The position numbers and the translations under genes were made by a program. Below are positions 1 to 8,181 of a DNA stretch of 64,000 nt, one piece after another (position 1 is the stretch's first letter; the number at the start of each line of letters is the position of its first letter). Location: positions 69,709-133,708 of the forward strand of contig DAIOVL010000006.1 of the NCBI GenBank assembly GCA_036759025.1, written 5' to 3'. The notes under the pieces are model-generated. The model did no database searches, had not been told where the DNA came from, and worked only from the letters and a program-made list of their open reading frames with translations. The stretch comes from Bacteroidales bacterium (GTDB lineage Bacteria > Bacteroidota > Bacteroidia > Bacteroidales > VadinHA17).

Positions 1-321
1 TGATACGGAATATATTCCAAAAGCTTCCTCAGGACCTGTCATCCTGAAAACTTCGCATTTCAAATAACGCCCTTCAACTTCAAATTCCGCGATGACAGCA
101 TCTGCGATACCGTATTCACGGTATAATTCAGCGCCTCCGTTCATATAACCGAAAAGCGATTCTCCGGTGAAAATACGGGTATTTATGAATGTGGCCTCCG
201 GCAGATCTTTCTTTCTTATAACAGGTGAATCGTCAGGGATCTGGGAGTAACCAGCAAAGGGCAAGGCAATGAGAATTACAGAAACCCATATTCTGACCGG
301 ATATGGTGCTGATGGTATCAT
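1..321 (-). CDS. hypothetical exported protein, N-terminal part only (gene runs off the window start)
   Basis: Absent from the ORF track because there is no stop in the window. My hand translation of the minus strand from ATG 321-319 gives MIPSAPYPVRIWVSVILIALPFAGYSQ..., which is signal-peptide-like, and the frame stays open to position 1. It lies 76 nt downstream of the DUF362 gene on the same strand. Confidence 0.45.
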   Translation of the reverse strand, partial: MIPSAPYPVRIWVSVILIALPFAGYSQIPDDSPVIRKKDLPEATFINTRIFTGESLFGYMNGGAELYREYGIADAVIAEFEVEGRYLKCEVFRMTGPEEAFGIYSVS

Positions 322-397
322 TACGATCTTTGAGAATATTGTTTCAAAGTGATGGAGAAAATTTCCGGCCATATTTATTAGTGCTTATAAAATCCCC

Positions 398-1570
398 TTA
401 TGTTATTTCGAAGGTTTTGAGATCAATTTTTTCCTTGTCAGACACACCCAGTCCAAGGTCGGTTGCCATAGTCAGAAAAGTCAGCACAGCCGGATTGGCT
501 GTTTTCTGTATGCCCTCAGCTATTCTTTTTTCTGCTATGATGTCCCAGGCTATCCTGTCGGTTGCTACCGGATCGGACGCTGCCATCAGGACATTGTAAT
601 TACATATGAACTGGGGATTTGCTCCCGGGCCTCCGTTAAAACAGCCTCTGAGCCCGTCCGTGATGTTCAGAACAACCTTGTCACGCAGTGGTGCAAATGC
701 GCACACTTCAGCGCATGTATCGTTCCAGAGGCGTGCATGAAGACGTTGTGTATTTGTTATTGAGCCGAACGCCAGGTTTTTCATTGCATTGGTTACAGAA
801 GCCCCTGCATTTTTCAGTACAGGTATGTTGATTATCTTGTCAACTTCCTGAGTCACAATTTTTGTGAAATATGAATATTTACCGCTGTTGATCATGTATG
901 GTAAGGTCTCACTGTCATATTCCATTTCAGTATCTGCCCAGTAGAACCAATCCCTGTCTATGTTCCTTTCTCCAAATAGTATACCGTCTTTATCGTAGAA
1001 AGAACCATCCTCTCCTTTCATCTCCGTTCCCCTGACAGCTATCCCGGGGTAGTTTTCCGTGGTGAATCCGACATCCTTCAATTCCATATCGCGTCTGTCC
1101 CATATTATAATGTCTTCTCGCTTTATACCGCTTTCTGTTAACTGATTAACAACCGATTTTACCACTGCATGGCTTGTTGACAGAAGCCGTCCGGCGACAG
1201 GATTCACCTTGAGGCCTATCCTTTCACCTGGTTTAACGAACATCCTCCAGGCTTTTTTAATGTTCTTCTGACCAGTAAGTTCAATCATGGCCTTCGACAG
1301 CATTGCATACGCTGCTGCCTCCACAGGTTCATCATTCACGACCGCCTGAGGATGCTTCACGAGAACAACTTTACCCGGAAAGATACCGGGCATTGAACCG
1401 GAGCTGCGTGAAATCGCGGATGCATCTTTAATGTTGGTTGCAGGTTTGGGAGCAGGCTTAGTCTGCTGGTCGCCCAGAGGCTCGATGGTCAATGGGTTTA
1501 TTGCCATGGCGGCGCTTCCGGCGCCGATCACGGCGATGAATTTTCTTCGGCTGAAGGTTTTCCTGTTCAT
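398..1570 (-). CDS. DUF362-family protein with twin-arginine (Tat) signal peptide
   Basis: 390-aa ORF. The N-terminus FSRRKFIAVIGAGSAAMA fits the S/T-R-R-x-F-L-K Tat motif. The GERIGLKVNPV segment and overall layout resemble DUF362 proteins, from memory of the family. Confidence 0.65.
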   Translation of the reverse strand: MNRKTFSRRKFIAVIGAGSAAMAINPLTIEPLGDQQTKPAPKPATNIKDASAISRSSGSMPGIFPGKVVLVKHPQAVVNDEPVEAAAYAMLSKAMIELTGQKNIKKAWRMFVKPGERIGLKVNPVAGRLLSTSHAVVKSVVNQLTESGIKREDIIIWDRRDMELKDVGFTTENYPGIAVRGTEMKGEDGSFYDKDGILFGERNIDRDWFYWADTEMEYDSETLPYMINSGKYSYFTKIVTQEVDKIINIPVLKNAGASVTNAMKNLAFGSITNTQRLHARLWNDTCAEVCAFAPLRDKVVLNITDGLRGCFNGGPGANPQFICNYNVLMAASDPVATDRIAWDIIAEKRIAEGIQKTANPAVLTFLTMATDLGLGVSDKEKIDLKTFEIT

Positions 1571-1792
1571 GGTAGAATTACATTAGGTCAGATAATAGAC
1601 CCAAATATATGCAATATTATCCGGGATACATAAGGAAGTAGAGGTTGTTGCAGGTTACAGGTTGAAGGTTGAAGGATTCTTTGTGGCCCAGTTGGTTAAA
1701 TGGTCTGTGCAGATGGTGGCAGTGCAATGTTACAGATAATACTGAAGACCTTAATATGTTGTTAAAGTCTATCAGAAAATCCATTTCAGTCA

Positions 1793-4345
1793 ATGATATT
1801 TAATCCGGGTGAGATATATTTGCAGCCTCTTACTAAAATGGCCTGTATGATCAGAATCGGATTTTTAAAATCAGAATGGAGGTATAAAGCCATTATTATG
1901 TTATTGGTAATTATCATTTCAGGACTTACCGTTTCGGGCCAGGAGAAAAAAAGTGTCACTGCCTTCCGTACATCTGAAACAATCCAGGTAAACGGGATAA
2001 TGGATGAAACAGCGTGGGCTTCTGCCGCTCCCGCAACAGACTTTATAATTTACAGTCCCTTTAACGGTACACCTTCAGGTTACCGGACCGAAGTCAGGGT
2101 TTTGTATGACGACAATTCGCTATACATTGGTGCTTTTATGTTTGATCCACAGCCTGACAGCATCTTTCTTGAACTTGGTCCCAGGGATGCCAATAACATT
2201 AATGCCGATCATTTTTATGTTGAAATATCACCGTTCAACGACGGGCTGAACGGTGAGGTGTTTAAAGTGTCAGCATCGAATGTCCAGATTGACAACAAGC
2301 TTGCCACGGGTGAAAGCTATAATATTCCCGACACATGGGATGCAGTCTGGGAAAGTCGCACAAGAATCATTGATGAAGGCTGGTGTGCCGAACTGAGGAT
2401 CCCCTACTCTGCCCTTAGGTTTTCAAAAGCGGAAGCACAGGTATGGGGAATAAATTTCTGGCGTGAGGTACGGCGCATCAGGGAGACCTCCTCCTGGAAC
2501 TTCGTCACGAGAGAATTTGGTGCTACACTTTCCCATATGGGTGAGCTCAATGGCATAAGAGACATAAAGCCTCCCCTTCGTCTCTCTCTTGTGCCATATG
2601 TATCGGGTTATCTTGAGCATGTATCAGACGAACCAGGCCTGGGCACTTCTTATAACGGCGGACTCGACCTTAAACTGGGTCTCTCGGAAAGTTTCACCCT
2701 CGATGCGACACTCATTCCTGATTTCGGACAGGTTCAGTCGGATGATCATATTCTCAATCTTTCACCATACGAGGTCAGATATAATGAGAAAAGACCTTTC
2801 TTCATGGAAGGGACCGAACTTTTCAACAGGGGAGATATTTTTTATTCCAGGAGGATAGGAGGCACTCCTCACCTGTTAAGACAGGTACGTGATATGACCG
2901 GTGAGAATGAGATCATCGAAAGGAATCCGACGGAAGTGGGACTTTTGAATGCCACAAAAATATCGGGAAGGACTCACGGCGGGCTGGGAATAGGCATTTT
3001 CAATGCTGTAACCGACAATGTATGGGCTGAATTGAAAGATACTGTAAGCGGAGCTACACGCAGAATCATGACAGAGCCTGTTACAAACTACAATATGATA
3101 GTCCTGGATCAGACTCTGAAAAATGATTCATATATAAGCATTGCAAACACAAATGTGATAAGGGCGGCTGAAAAGGACGTTAATTATTATACAGCGAACG
3201 TAACAAGTTTTGAGGGTTTGCTAAAGACCCGGAATCGTCTCTATTCAGTTTCCGGTGGAGCTTCTCTGAGCCGGAAATTTTATTCAGAGTCTCCGACAGG
3301 AAAGGGCCATTCCCTTAACTTCAATATAGGAAAGACCGGTGGCAAATTCAGGACTGATTACAATTTTTCACTTTACAGCGACACCTATGATCCCAACGAC
3401 ATGGGATACCTCAGAAACAACAACAATATCAGGCATTCGCTTGACATTTCCTACAACACCTTTGAGCCTGTGGGAAAGATCATGACAAGCCGAAATTCCG
3501 TAGAGATCGACTACAGCCGGCTTTTCAGTCCGGGAGCATATACACTCACAGAAATAGAGCTCAGCAGCATGCTTGTTCTTATGAATTACTGGTCGCTCTC
3601 CTTAAACATGGATATAACTCCGTGGGGTGAAAATGATTATTTTGAACCACGCACAGCTGATATGTCAATGTATTATCACAGGCCGGCTTCCTTTACCGCA
3701 GGTTTCAGGGGTGATACCGACAGGAGCAAAAAACTGTATGCAGAAGTTAATGCCGGGTATGGGAGAGCCTGGTCAGATTACGGGCAGAGTGGTTTTCAGT
3801 GGGCAGCAGAAGCAGAATACAAGGTAAGCAGGCGATTTTCCCTTGAATATGGACTAAGTGTCGAGAAGCTGGTCAATGATATCGGCTATGTACGAGCCGA
3901 TCCGTCCGACGGAATAATTTTCGGAAAGAGAGATGTCAGGACCATTACCAACACCTTGTCGGGAGCATTCATTTTCAGTGCGAACTCATATCTTACACTC
4001 AGGGGAAGGCATTACTGGTCAGGTGCCGACTACGACAATGATTTTTACACTTTGCTTGACGACGGAGGTCTGGGATATATCAGTGGTTATACCTGGTTCT
4101 ATAATCATGATGTGAACACTAACTATCTGAATGTTGATGTAGTATACACCTGGCGTTTTGCTCCGGGGAGTGAGCTCTCCCTGGTATGGAAGAATTCGAT
4201 ATACTCGGAAGAGGATGTCATAATCAGTGATCCCTTCAGTAATTTTTCCGAGTTGTTATCGCAGCCGCAGACTAACAGTATATCGCTGAAGATTTTATAT
4301 TATTTAGATTACCAGGATATCAGAAAAGCAATCGGGGCAAGGTAA
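1793..4345 (+). CDS. outer-membrane-associated protein with a CBM9/DOMON-like N-terminal domain and DUF5916-like beta-rich C-terminal region
   Basis: 850-aa ORF with a signal-like stretch KAIIMLLVIIISGLTVSGQ. The true start is probably an internal Met near 1838-1847. The N-terminal segment IQVNGIMDETAWASAAPATDFIIYSP...VRVLYDDNSLYIGAFMFD is typical of carbohydrate-binding family 9-like proteins. The long C-terminus is rich in alternating aromatic residues. Confidence 0.55.
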   Translation: MIFNPGEIYLQPLTKMACMIRIGFLKSEWRYKAIIMLLVIIISGLTVSGQEKKSVTAFRTSETIQVNGIMDETAWASAAPATDFIIYSPFNGTPSGYRTEVRVLYDDNSLYIGAFMFDPQPDSIFLELGPRDANNINADHFYVEISPFNDGLNGEVFKVSASNVQIDNKLATGESYNIPDTWDAVWESRTRIIDEGWCAELRIPYSALRFSKAEAQVWGINFWREVRRIRETSSWNFVTREFGATLSHMGELNGIRDIKPPLRLSLVPYVSGYLEHVSDEPGLGTSYNGGLDLKLGLSESFTLDATLIPDFGQVQSDDHILNLSPYEVRYNEKRPFFMEGTELFNRGDIFYSRRIGGTPHLLRQVRDMTGENEIIERNPTEVGLLNATKISGRTHGGLGIGIFNAVTDNVWAELKDTVSGATRRIMTEPVTNYNMIVLDQTLKNDSYISIANTNVIRAAEKDVNYYTANVTSFEGLLKTRNRLYSVSGGASLSRKFYSESPTGKGHSLNFNIGKTGGKFRTDYNFSLYSDTYDPNDMGYLRNNNNIRHSLDISYNTFEPVGKIMTSRNSVEIDYSRLFSPGAYTLTEIELSSMLVLMNYWSLSLNMDITPWGENDYFEPRTADMSMYYHRPASFTAGFRGDTDRSKKLYAEVNAGYGRAWSDYGQSGFQWAAEAEYKVSRRFSLEYGLSVEKLVNDIGYVRADPSDGIIFGKRDVRTITNTLSGAFIFSANSYLTLRGRHYWSGADYDNDFYTLLDDGGLGYISGYTWFYNHDVNTNYLNVDVVYTWRFAPGSELSLVWKNSIYSEEDVIISDPFSNFSELLSQPQTNSISLKILYYLDYQDIRKAIGAR

Positions 4346-4575
4346 ACATTCGTCATCACAAACAGAAGAAATGATGGCTTCAGATATCTCTTTTATAGCT
4401 TGAATATTTGGATAATACCGTTATTTTTTGTATATTTAAATAAAGTACTTTAATTACAGGCGAAGCTGTTGCAATCATCAGTACTATTTGCAAAAGATAA
4501 GATTTATCTTACGGCATAAGATACCCGGGGTACGACAGGGATGACAGATACAGGTTATAAACTAATATCAGATTT

Positions 4576-4606
4576 TTTGCAAAAACAGATTAGTTAATTA
4601 TTTTTG
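4576..4606 (+). promoter_or_regulatory. Bacteroidota-type promoter (-33 TTTG / -7 TAnnTTTG) driving the tRNA-like element and tRNA-Pro
   Basis: TTTG at 4576-4579, a 19-nt spacer, then TATTTTTG at 4599-4606. The box ends about 12 nt upstream of the tRNA-like element start (4618). Confidence 0.45.
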
Positions 4607-4617
4607 CATGAATTTTT

Positions 4618-4701
4618 CGGGGTGTGGTCCCGATAACTCGGGATAAACTCCCTTGGCTAGCGCATCACGCCAAAGGGCGTGAGGGTCGTCTGTTCGGGAC
4701 G
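4618..4701 (+). pseudogene. mosaic tRNA-Pro-like element (not a decodable tRNA)
   Basis: Three blocks are 100% identical to the downstream tRNA-Pro: CGGGGTGTGG, TTGGCTAGCGCA and GGGTCGTCTGTTCG. The D-stem 5' half is replaced by a 25-nt insert. The anticodon arm is replaced by a 7-bp hairpin with an AAAG loop. The 3' acceptor strand CACCCCG is missing. Confidence 0.4.
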
Positions 4702-4721
4702 AAAAACTAGTCAGAAAATAT

Positions 4722-4795
4722 CGGGGTGTGGCGCAGTTGGCTAGCGCACTTGCATGGGGTGCAAGGGGTCGTCTGTTCGAGTCAGATCACCCCGA
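4722..4795 (+). tRNA. tRNA-Pro (anticodon GGG)
   Basis: Hand-folded 74-nt cloverleaf. Acceptor CGGGGTG/CACCCCG, D arm GCGC-AGTTGGCTA-GCGC, anticodon arm CTTGC-ATGGGGT-GCAAG (U33, GGG, G37), variable loop GGGTC, T arm GTCTG-TTCGAGT-CAGAT, discriminator A. No encoded CCA. Confidence 0.9.
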
Positions 4796-4805
4796 CAAAA
4801 CGAAA

Positions 4806-4826
4806 ATAAAGGAGGGTGTCTCAAAA
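4806..4826. repeat. direct repeat copy A (ATAAAGGAGGGTGTCTCAAAA)
   Basis: 19 of 21 positions are identical to copy B at 5038-5058. Together the copies flank a 211-bp hairpin-rich segment. Confidence 0.7.
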
Positions 4827-4847
4827 GGGGCACCCTTTCTTTTTTTA
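4813..4847 (+). terminator. rho-independent terminator after tRNA-Pro
   Basis: The stem AGGGTG(TCTC)/(GGGG)CACCCT has an AAAA loop and is followed by TTTCTTTTTTT. Confidence 0.6.
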
Positions 4848-4856
4848 AAGTTAATT

Positions 4857-4890
4857 GTTACTTTCTTTTGCTCCTCCAAAAGAAAGTAAC
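4857..4890. repeat. perfect 14-bp inverted repeat (hairpin)
   Basis: GTTACTTTCTTTTG - CTCCTC - CAAAAGAAAGTAAC, read directly from the sequence. Confidence 0.8.
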
Positions 4891-4904
4891 CAAAGAAAAA
4901 GAGT

Positions 4905-4992
4905 CCGGAAAAGACAACCGCTTCTGTTTTTTGCCAATTGCGCCAGGCCATTTCCCGCTCCAAAAAACAGAAACGGTTCGCACCTTTTCCGG
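4905..4992. repeat. long imperfect inverted repeat (about 27 paired positions, 27-nt loop)
   Basis: CCGGAAAAG pairs perfectly with CTTTTCCGG. AACCGCTTCTGTTTTTTG pairs with CAAAAAACAGAAACGGTT at 17 of 18 positions. Confidence 0.75.
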
Positions 4993-5037
4993 TTTGCCCT
5001 CACGCCGTTACAAGTATAAATTGTTGATAACTAGTGT

Positions 5038-5058
5038 ATAAAGGAGGATGTGTCAAAA
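5038..5058. repeat. direct repeat copy B (ATAAAGGAGGATGTGTCAAAA)
   Basis: Matches copy A at 4806-4826 with 2 mismatches. Confidence 0.7.
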
Positions 5059-5267
5059 ATCGATTAATCTTCTGGATAATTGAATATTCGAAAGTGCCCT
5101 GGTTGGGAGGTACTAATAAAATCAACAATTAAAGAGGCTGTTCTCAACTTATAACACAGCCCCTGATGCATCTATGGATTTCTATCTTTTAAAAATTACT
5201 GACTCCCGTTGTTAAAAACATAAAGATAAACTGCCTCTAACTGCTTTCTTTTTATTAACTTACATAC

Positions 5268-5471
5268 ATGAAAAAGAAGAAAATCATAAAACCTGTTGAG
5301 ATAGTAAACGGATTGGTTGAGTTAAATTTCGATTGCTCGGAAGAATCGACAGACTGGCTAAAGGCCGGCAGACTTCAGAGGTTAGCTGATGCCGGTGATG
5401 AAAAAGCTAAAAAAGAACTTAAACGTATGAGGGAATCAAAGATGTTTTATGAAGAGGATGAAAGATCATAA
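5268..5471 (+). CDS. small hypothetical protein (67 aa, Lys/Glu-rich)
   Basis: ATG-initiated ORF in an otherwise non-coding stretch. I see no recognisable motif, and it may not be a real gene. Confidence 0.3.
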   Translation: MKKKKIIKPVEIVNGLVELNFDCSEESTDWLKAGRLQRLADAGDEKAKKELKRMRESKMFYEEDERS

Positions 5472-5513
5472 TTCATAATCATAATCCATACTTAGATTGC
5501 TGCAGTTAACATC

Positions 5514-6740
5514 TTATTTGATTTTCTTATTCATCAGAAAGTATTCAAAGAAGGCATATATTGCTTCATTCGACACTGAATCAGGAGAGTGGGCAGGACG
5601 GTTTGTCATGGCCACCCTGTTCCTGTAGCCCAGCAATTCATTGACGGCAATTGAATGGTTAAGGGCAGGCCACCGGGCAGGAGTGTCTTCAGAACCGCCG
5701 GAGACAAGAAAGGGTCTGGGGGCCATCAGCGCATGAAGCTCATGCAGGTCGTGGCCTTCCCTGATAAGCTGCGGATACACTCCTCCGGCATCCTCAACAA
5801 TTCCGGTCTTCCGCCAGGTGTTCTTCCAGGGCGGAGGATAATACCCCAGGTACCATGGCTCCCAGTAATTGACATTGGGCCGCGATTCATCAAATACAAT
5901 ACCCGGATCAGACCACACGGCACAGGCAAAACGGTCGAAAAGGCATGAGCCAAACATCGCCCATTTGCCTCCATATGAATGCCCAACCAGACCAATGCGC
6001 TTATCATCCACCCCCCGGTAGTCTGAAAGAAGGAACCAGGCATTGGCAGCAGCATATGCCAGTACCGACAACGGTTGTATTTCAGAGCATGTTATATCGG
6101 GATAATATAACGAATAGGTCTTTGAAGCAGTGGTTTCTGCAGTGCCAAGCGACAAGGTTAGGAATCCTCTTAATGCAAGCTGGTATGCAAAGTCACGGTA
6201 TGGACTTTTCCCTTTTCCAATGGCTGTCTCAGGTTCATAATAAACAGTTATTACTGCCGGCCTTTTACCTTTCCCTGCAGGAACAAGCAGATAGCCCTCC
6301 GTATACTGACCGGGAAGCAATAGGAAGCGAATTTTGTGCTGGATAATGCCTTCATTAACAGACGTTTCCAGTATTTGCATTTTCTGATGCCGGATAAAAG
6401 GAGGCCATTCACCCATGACCCCATGCCAGTAATCAAGGATCTCCCGTCTCCTCTCCTTCCATTTTGCTGGCCTGTCGACTGGTGTACCGTCATTCATAAT
6501 CAGCGGAGACCTGTATTCACCATATTCATCCTGGTATTTTGCAGGAGGTGAAAAAAAATGAGAAATCTTTGTCCAGTTTTGCGAAGCATTATTGTACTCC
6601 CCGGATAAGTGCTGGCTTCTGACGGATACTGATATCCCAAAAAGTATCACCGGAATAACTACCTTTATTATGGATCTTCCATTAATTGAAATCATGACAT
6701 AAAAATAAAAAATAGTAATTTTGTTCCTGTTATATAACAA
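5514..6740 (-). CDS. exported alpha/beta-hydrolase (esterase/peptidase-like)
   Basis: 408-aa ORF with a nucleophile-elbow motif GHSYGGKWA (GxSxG) and an N-terminal hydrophobic signal IIKVVIPVILFGISVSVRSQ. The true start is probably Met at about 6695. Confidence 0.6.
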   Translation of the reverse strand: MLYNRNKITIFYFYVMISINGRSIIKVVIPVILFGISVSVRSQHLSGEYNNASQNWTKISHFFSPPAKYQDEYGEYRSPLIMNDGTPVDRPAKWKERRREILDYWHGVMGEWPPFIRHQKMQILETSVNEGIIQHKIRFLLLPGQYTEGYLLVPAGKGKRPAVITVYYEPETAIGKGKSPYRDFAYQLALRGFLTLSLGTAETTASKTYSLYYPDITCSEIQPLSVLAYAAANAWFLLSDYRGVDDKRIGLVGHSYGGKWAMFGSCLFDRFACAVWSDPGIVFDESRPNVNYWEPWYLGYYPPPWKNTWRKTGIVEDAGGVYPQLIREGHDLHELHALMAPRPFLVSGGSEDTPARWPALNHSIAVNELLGYRNRVAMTNRPAHSPDSVSNEAIYAFFEYFLMNKKIK

Positions 6741-6756
6741 AACAATAATCTGTATA

Positions 6757-7410
6757 ATGCCAAAGCATTCTTTACTTACAGGAATTTTCTCAGCAGTTAT
6801 ATTTATGGCACTGCACTTGAGCCTTACCGCTCAGAACGTCGAAGATCTTTTCGTAAGAACGGGGCCGGAAGTCGTATGGCTCGGTGTCGACTTCACACAA
6901 GTCAAACTGTATGGCGACCATGGTACGGTAGGGCAGGACGAATTCATACCACTTTTCCATGCAATAAACAGGTTAATTATTACTGAAAGAGACAAATATA
7001 ACTTTGCGGACGCTTTCCGCCGCGACGACATCCCCTTCAATATTGAGATGGTCACGAAACTCAATTCTGAGATCGATCCGGGAAGTTTGATTTCACTTTC
7101 CAGTACAGGTGAAAAAAGAAAGCTCGATGAAGACGCCATTTCCGTTCTGATTAAACAATATAATGTACCCGATTCCGAAGGTATCGGCCTGATATTTTTC
7201 ATGGAATCAATCGACAAAGCCACTGAGAGAGGAACAATGTGGGTAACTATATTCCGACTGGCCGACCGTAATCTCCTCTTCACCGAGAAGTTATCCGGTA
7301 CCGCAGGGGGGTTCGGCTTCCGTAACCACTGGGCCAGGACAGTCTATGAAGTCATCAACCAGATCAGCGACGAGAGATTTGCCAGGTGGAGGTCCAGGCA
7401 TGTAAAATAG
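6757..7410 (+). CDS. hypothetical exported protein
   Basis: The ORF-track start at 6721 is TTG. The first ATG, at 6757, gives MPKHSLLTGIFSAVIFMALHLSLTAQ, a signal peptide. No recognisable domain. Confidence 0.5.
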   Translation: MPKHSLLTGIFSAVIFMALHLSLTAQNVEDLFVRTGPEVVWLGVDFTQVKLYGDHGTVGQDEFIPLFHAINRLIITERDKYNFADAFRRDDIPFNIEMVTKLNSEIDPGSLISLSSTGEKRKLDEDAISVLIKQYNVPDSEGIGLIFFMESIDKATERGTMWVTIFRLADRNLLFTEKLSGTAGGFGFRNHWARTVYEVINQISDERFARWRSRHVK

Positions 7411-7631
7411 CTGCAGGCACATTTTTTCATTGAATTTGCTCTTTCCGGTAAGATCCCGGATCCATTTTATGCTATCCGTTGATTCAAAACAGCAATTGGT
7501 TGATTTACTATTGTCTGGCTTTCCTTTCTATATTAATTTCGGTATAAAGATCTGGAAAAGATTATTTGGACAAAAAAAAAGAACACGGACAGTAAACAGA
7601 ATTTTTAACATTAACAATTAAATTTTTAGCC

Positions 7632-8117
7632 ATGAAAAAGATTTTTTTAACTACAGTACTTATCGCAGCAGCATGTACTGTGACTTTCGGACAGAAAGTA
7701 GTCGCAAAAGGGCAAACCTTTTCAGCACTCGGTAATTACAGGATCCAGGCAACAGAGACACCAGTCCCACTTAAGGGAGCCGAATGTAAAGCCTACACGA
7801 TCAGCTATGAGAACACACCAATGGAAGTTAAGGTTGTTGTATCAAAGGACAAAAAATGTAAAAAATTTGTTGTTCTTTCCGACAAACTGTCTGTTCAGTA
7901 TGTCTGTAACGAAGTTTATTTCGGTGTAGAGAGACTCGACAAATCATTTGAGAAGGAAGGATTCATGACAAGTGACGAGAATCTTGACAGGTCGGAATAC
8001 TTTCATCAGAAGGTTCTCGGACCGGGGCAGCAAAGTGATCTTGAATCAACAAGGATGATAGCTGCCTACTTCCCGTTTCTGCTGAACACAAACACCACTA
8101 TGGTGGCAGAAAAGTAG
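7632..8117 (+). CDS. hypothetical exported protein
   Basis: 161-aa ORF with the signal peptide MKKIFLTTVLIAAACTVTFGQ, followed by a strong terminator. Confidence 0.5.
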   Translation: MKKIFLTTVLIAAACTVTFGQKVVAKGQTFSALGNYRIQATETPVPLKGAECKAYTISYENTPMEVKVVVSKDKKCKKFVVLSDKLSVQYVCNEVYFGVERLDKSFEKEGFMTSDENLDRSEYFHQKVLGPGQQSDLESTRMIAAYFPFLLNTNTTMVAEK

Positions 8118-8149
8118 CAATGTAACGTGAATCAGGATCAGTTTATCGG

Positions 8150-8181
8150 GAAGCCGCCATTGAGCGGCTTCTTTTTTTTTT
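8150..8181 (+). terminator. rho-independent terminator
   Basis: GAAGCCGC - cattga - GCGGCTTC followed by T10. The T-run abuts the stop codon of the convergent response-regulator gene. Confidence 0.65.

Noticed and set aside
303-599. 98-aa plus-strand ORF overlapping the 3' end of the DUF362 gene. The same applies to the many 60-190-aa ORFs antisense to, or out of frame with, large genes, for example 2423-2620, 5655-6346, 12153-12584, 25808-26383, 27447-27854, 37163-37546, 48270-48710 and 54640-55071.
   Set aside because: All lie entirely inside longer ORFs with clear family signatures. Their composition is atypical (Ser/Arg/Cys/Leu-rich) and they have no recognisable motifs or signal peptides. 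They are shadow ORFs.
4754-5041. 95-aa ORF covering the tRNA-Pro 3' half, its terminator and the hairpin region.
   Set aside because: It starts inside a well-folded tRNA and reads through perfect inverted repeats. The translation is low-complexity. The region is better explained as RNA or repeat sequence.
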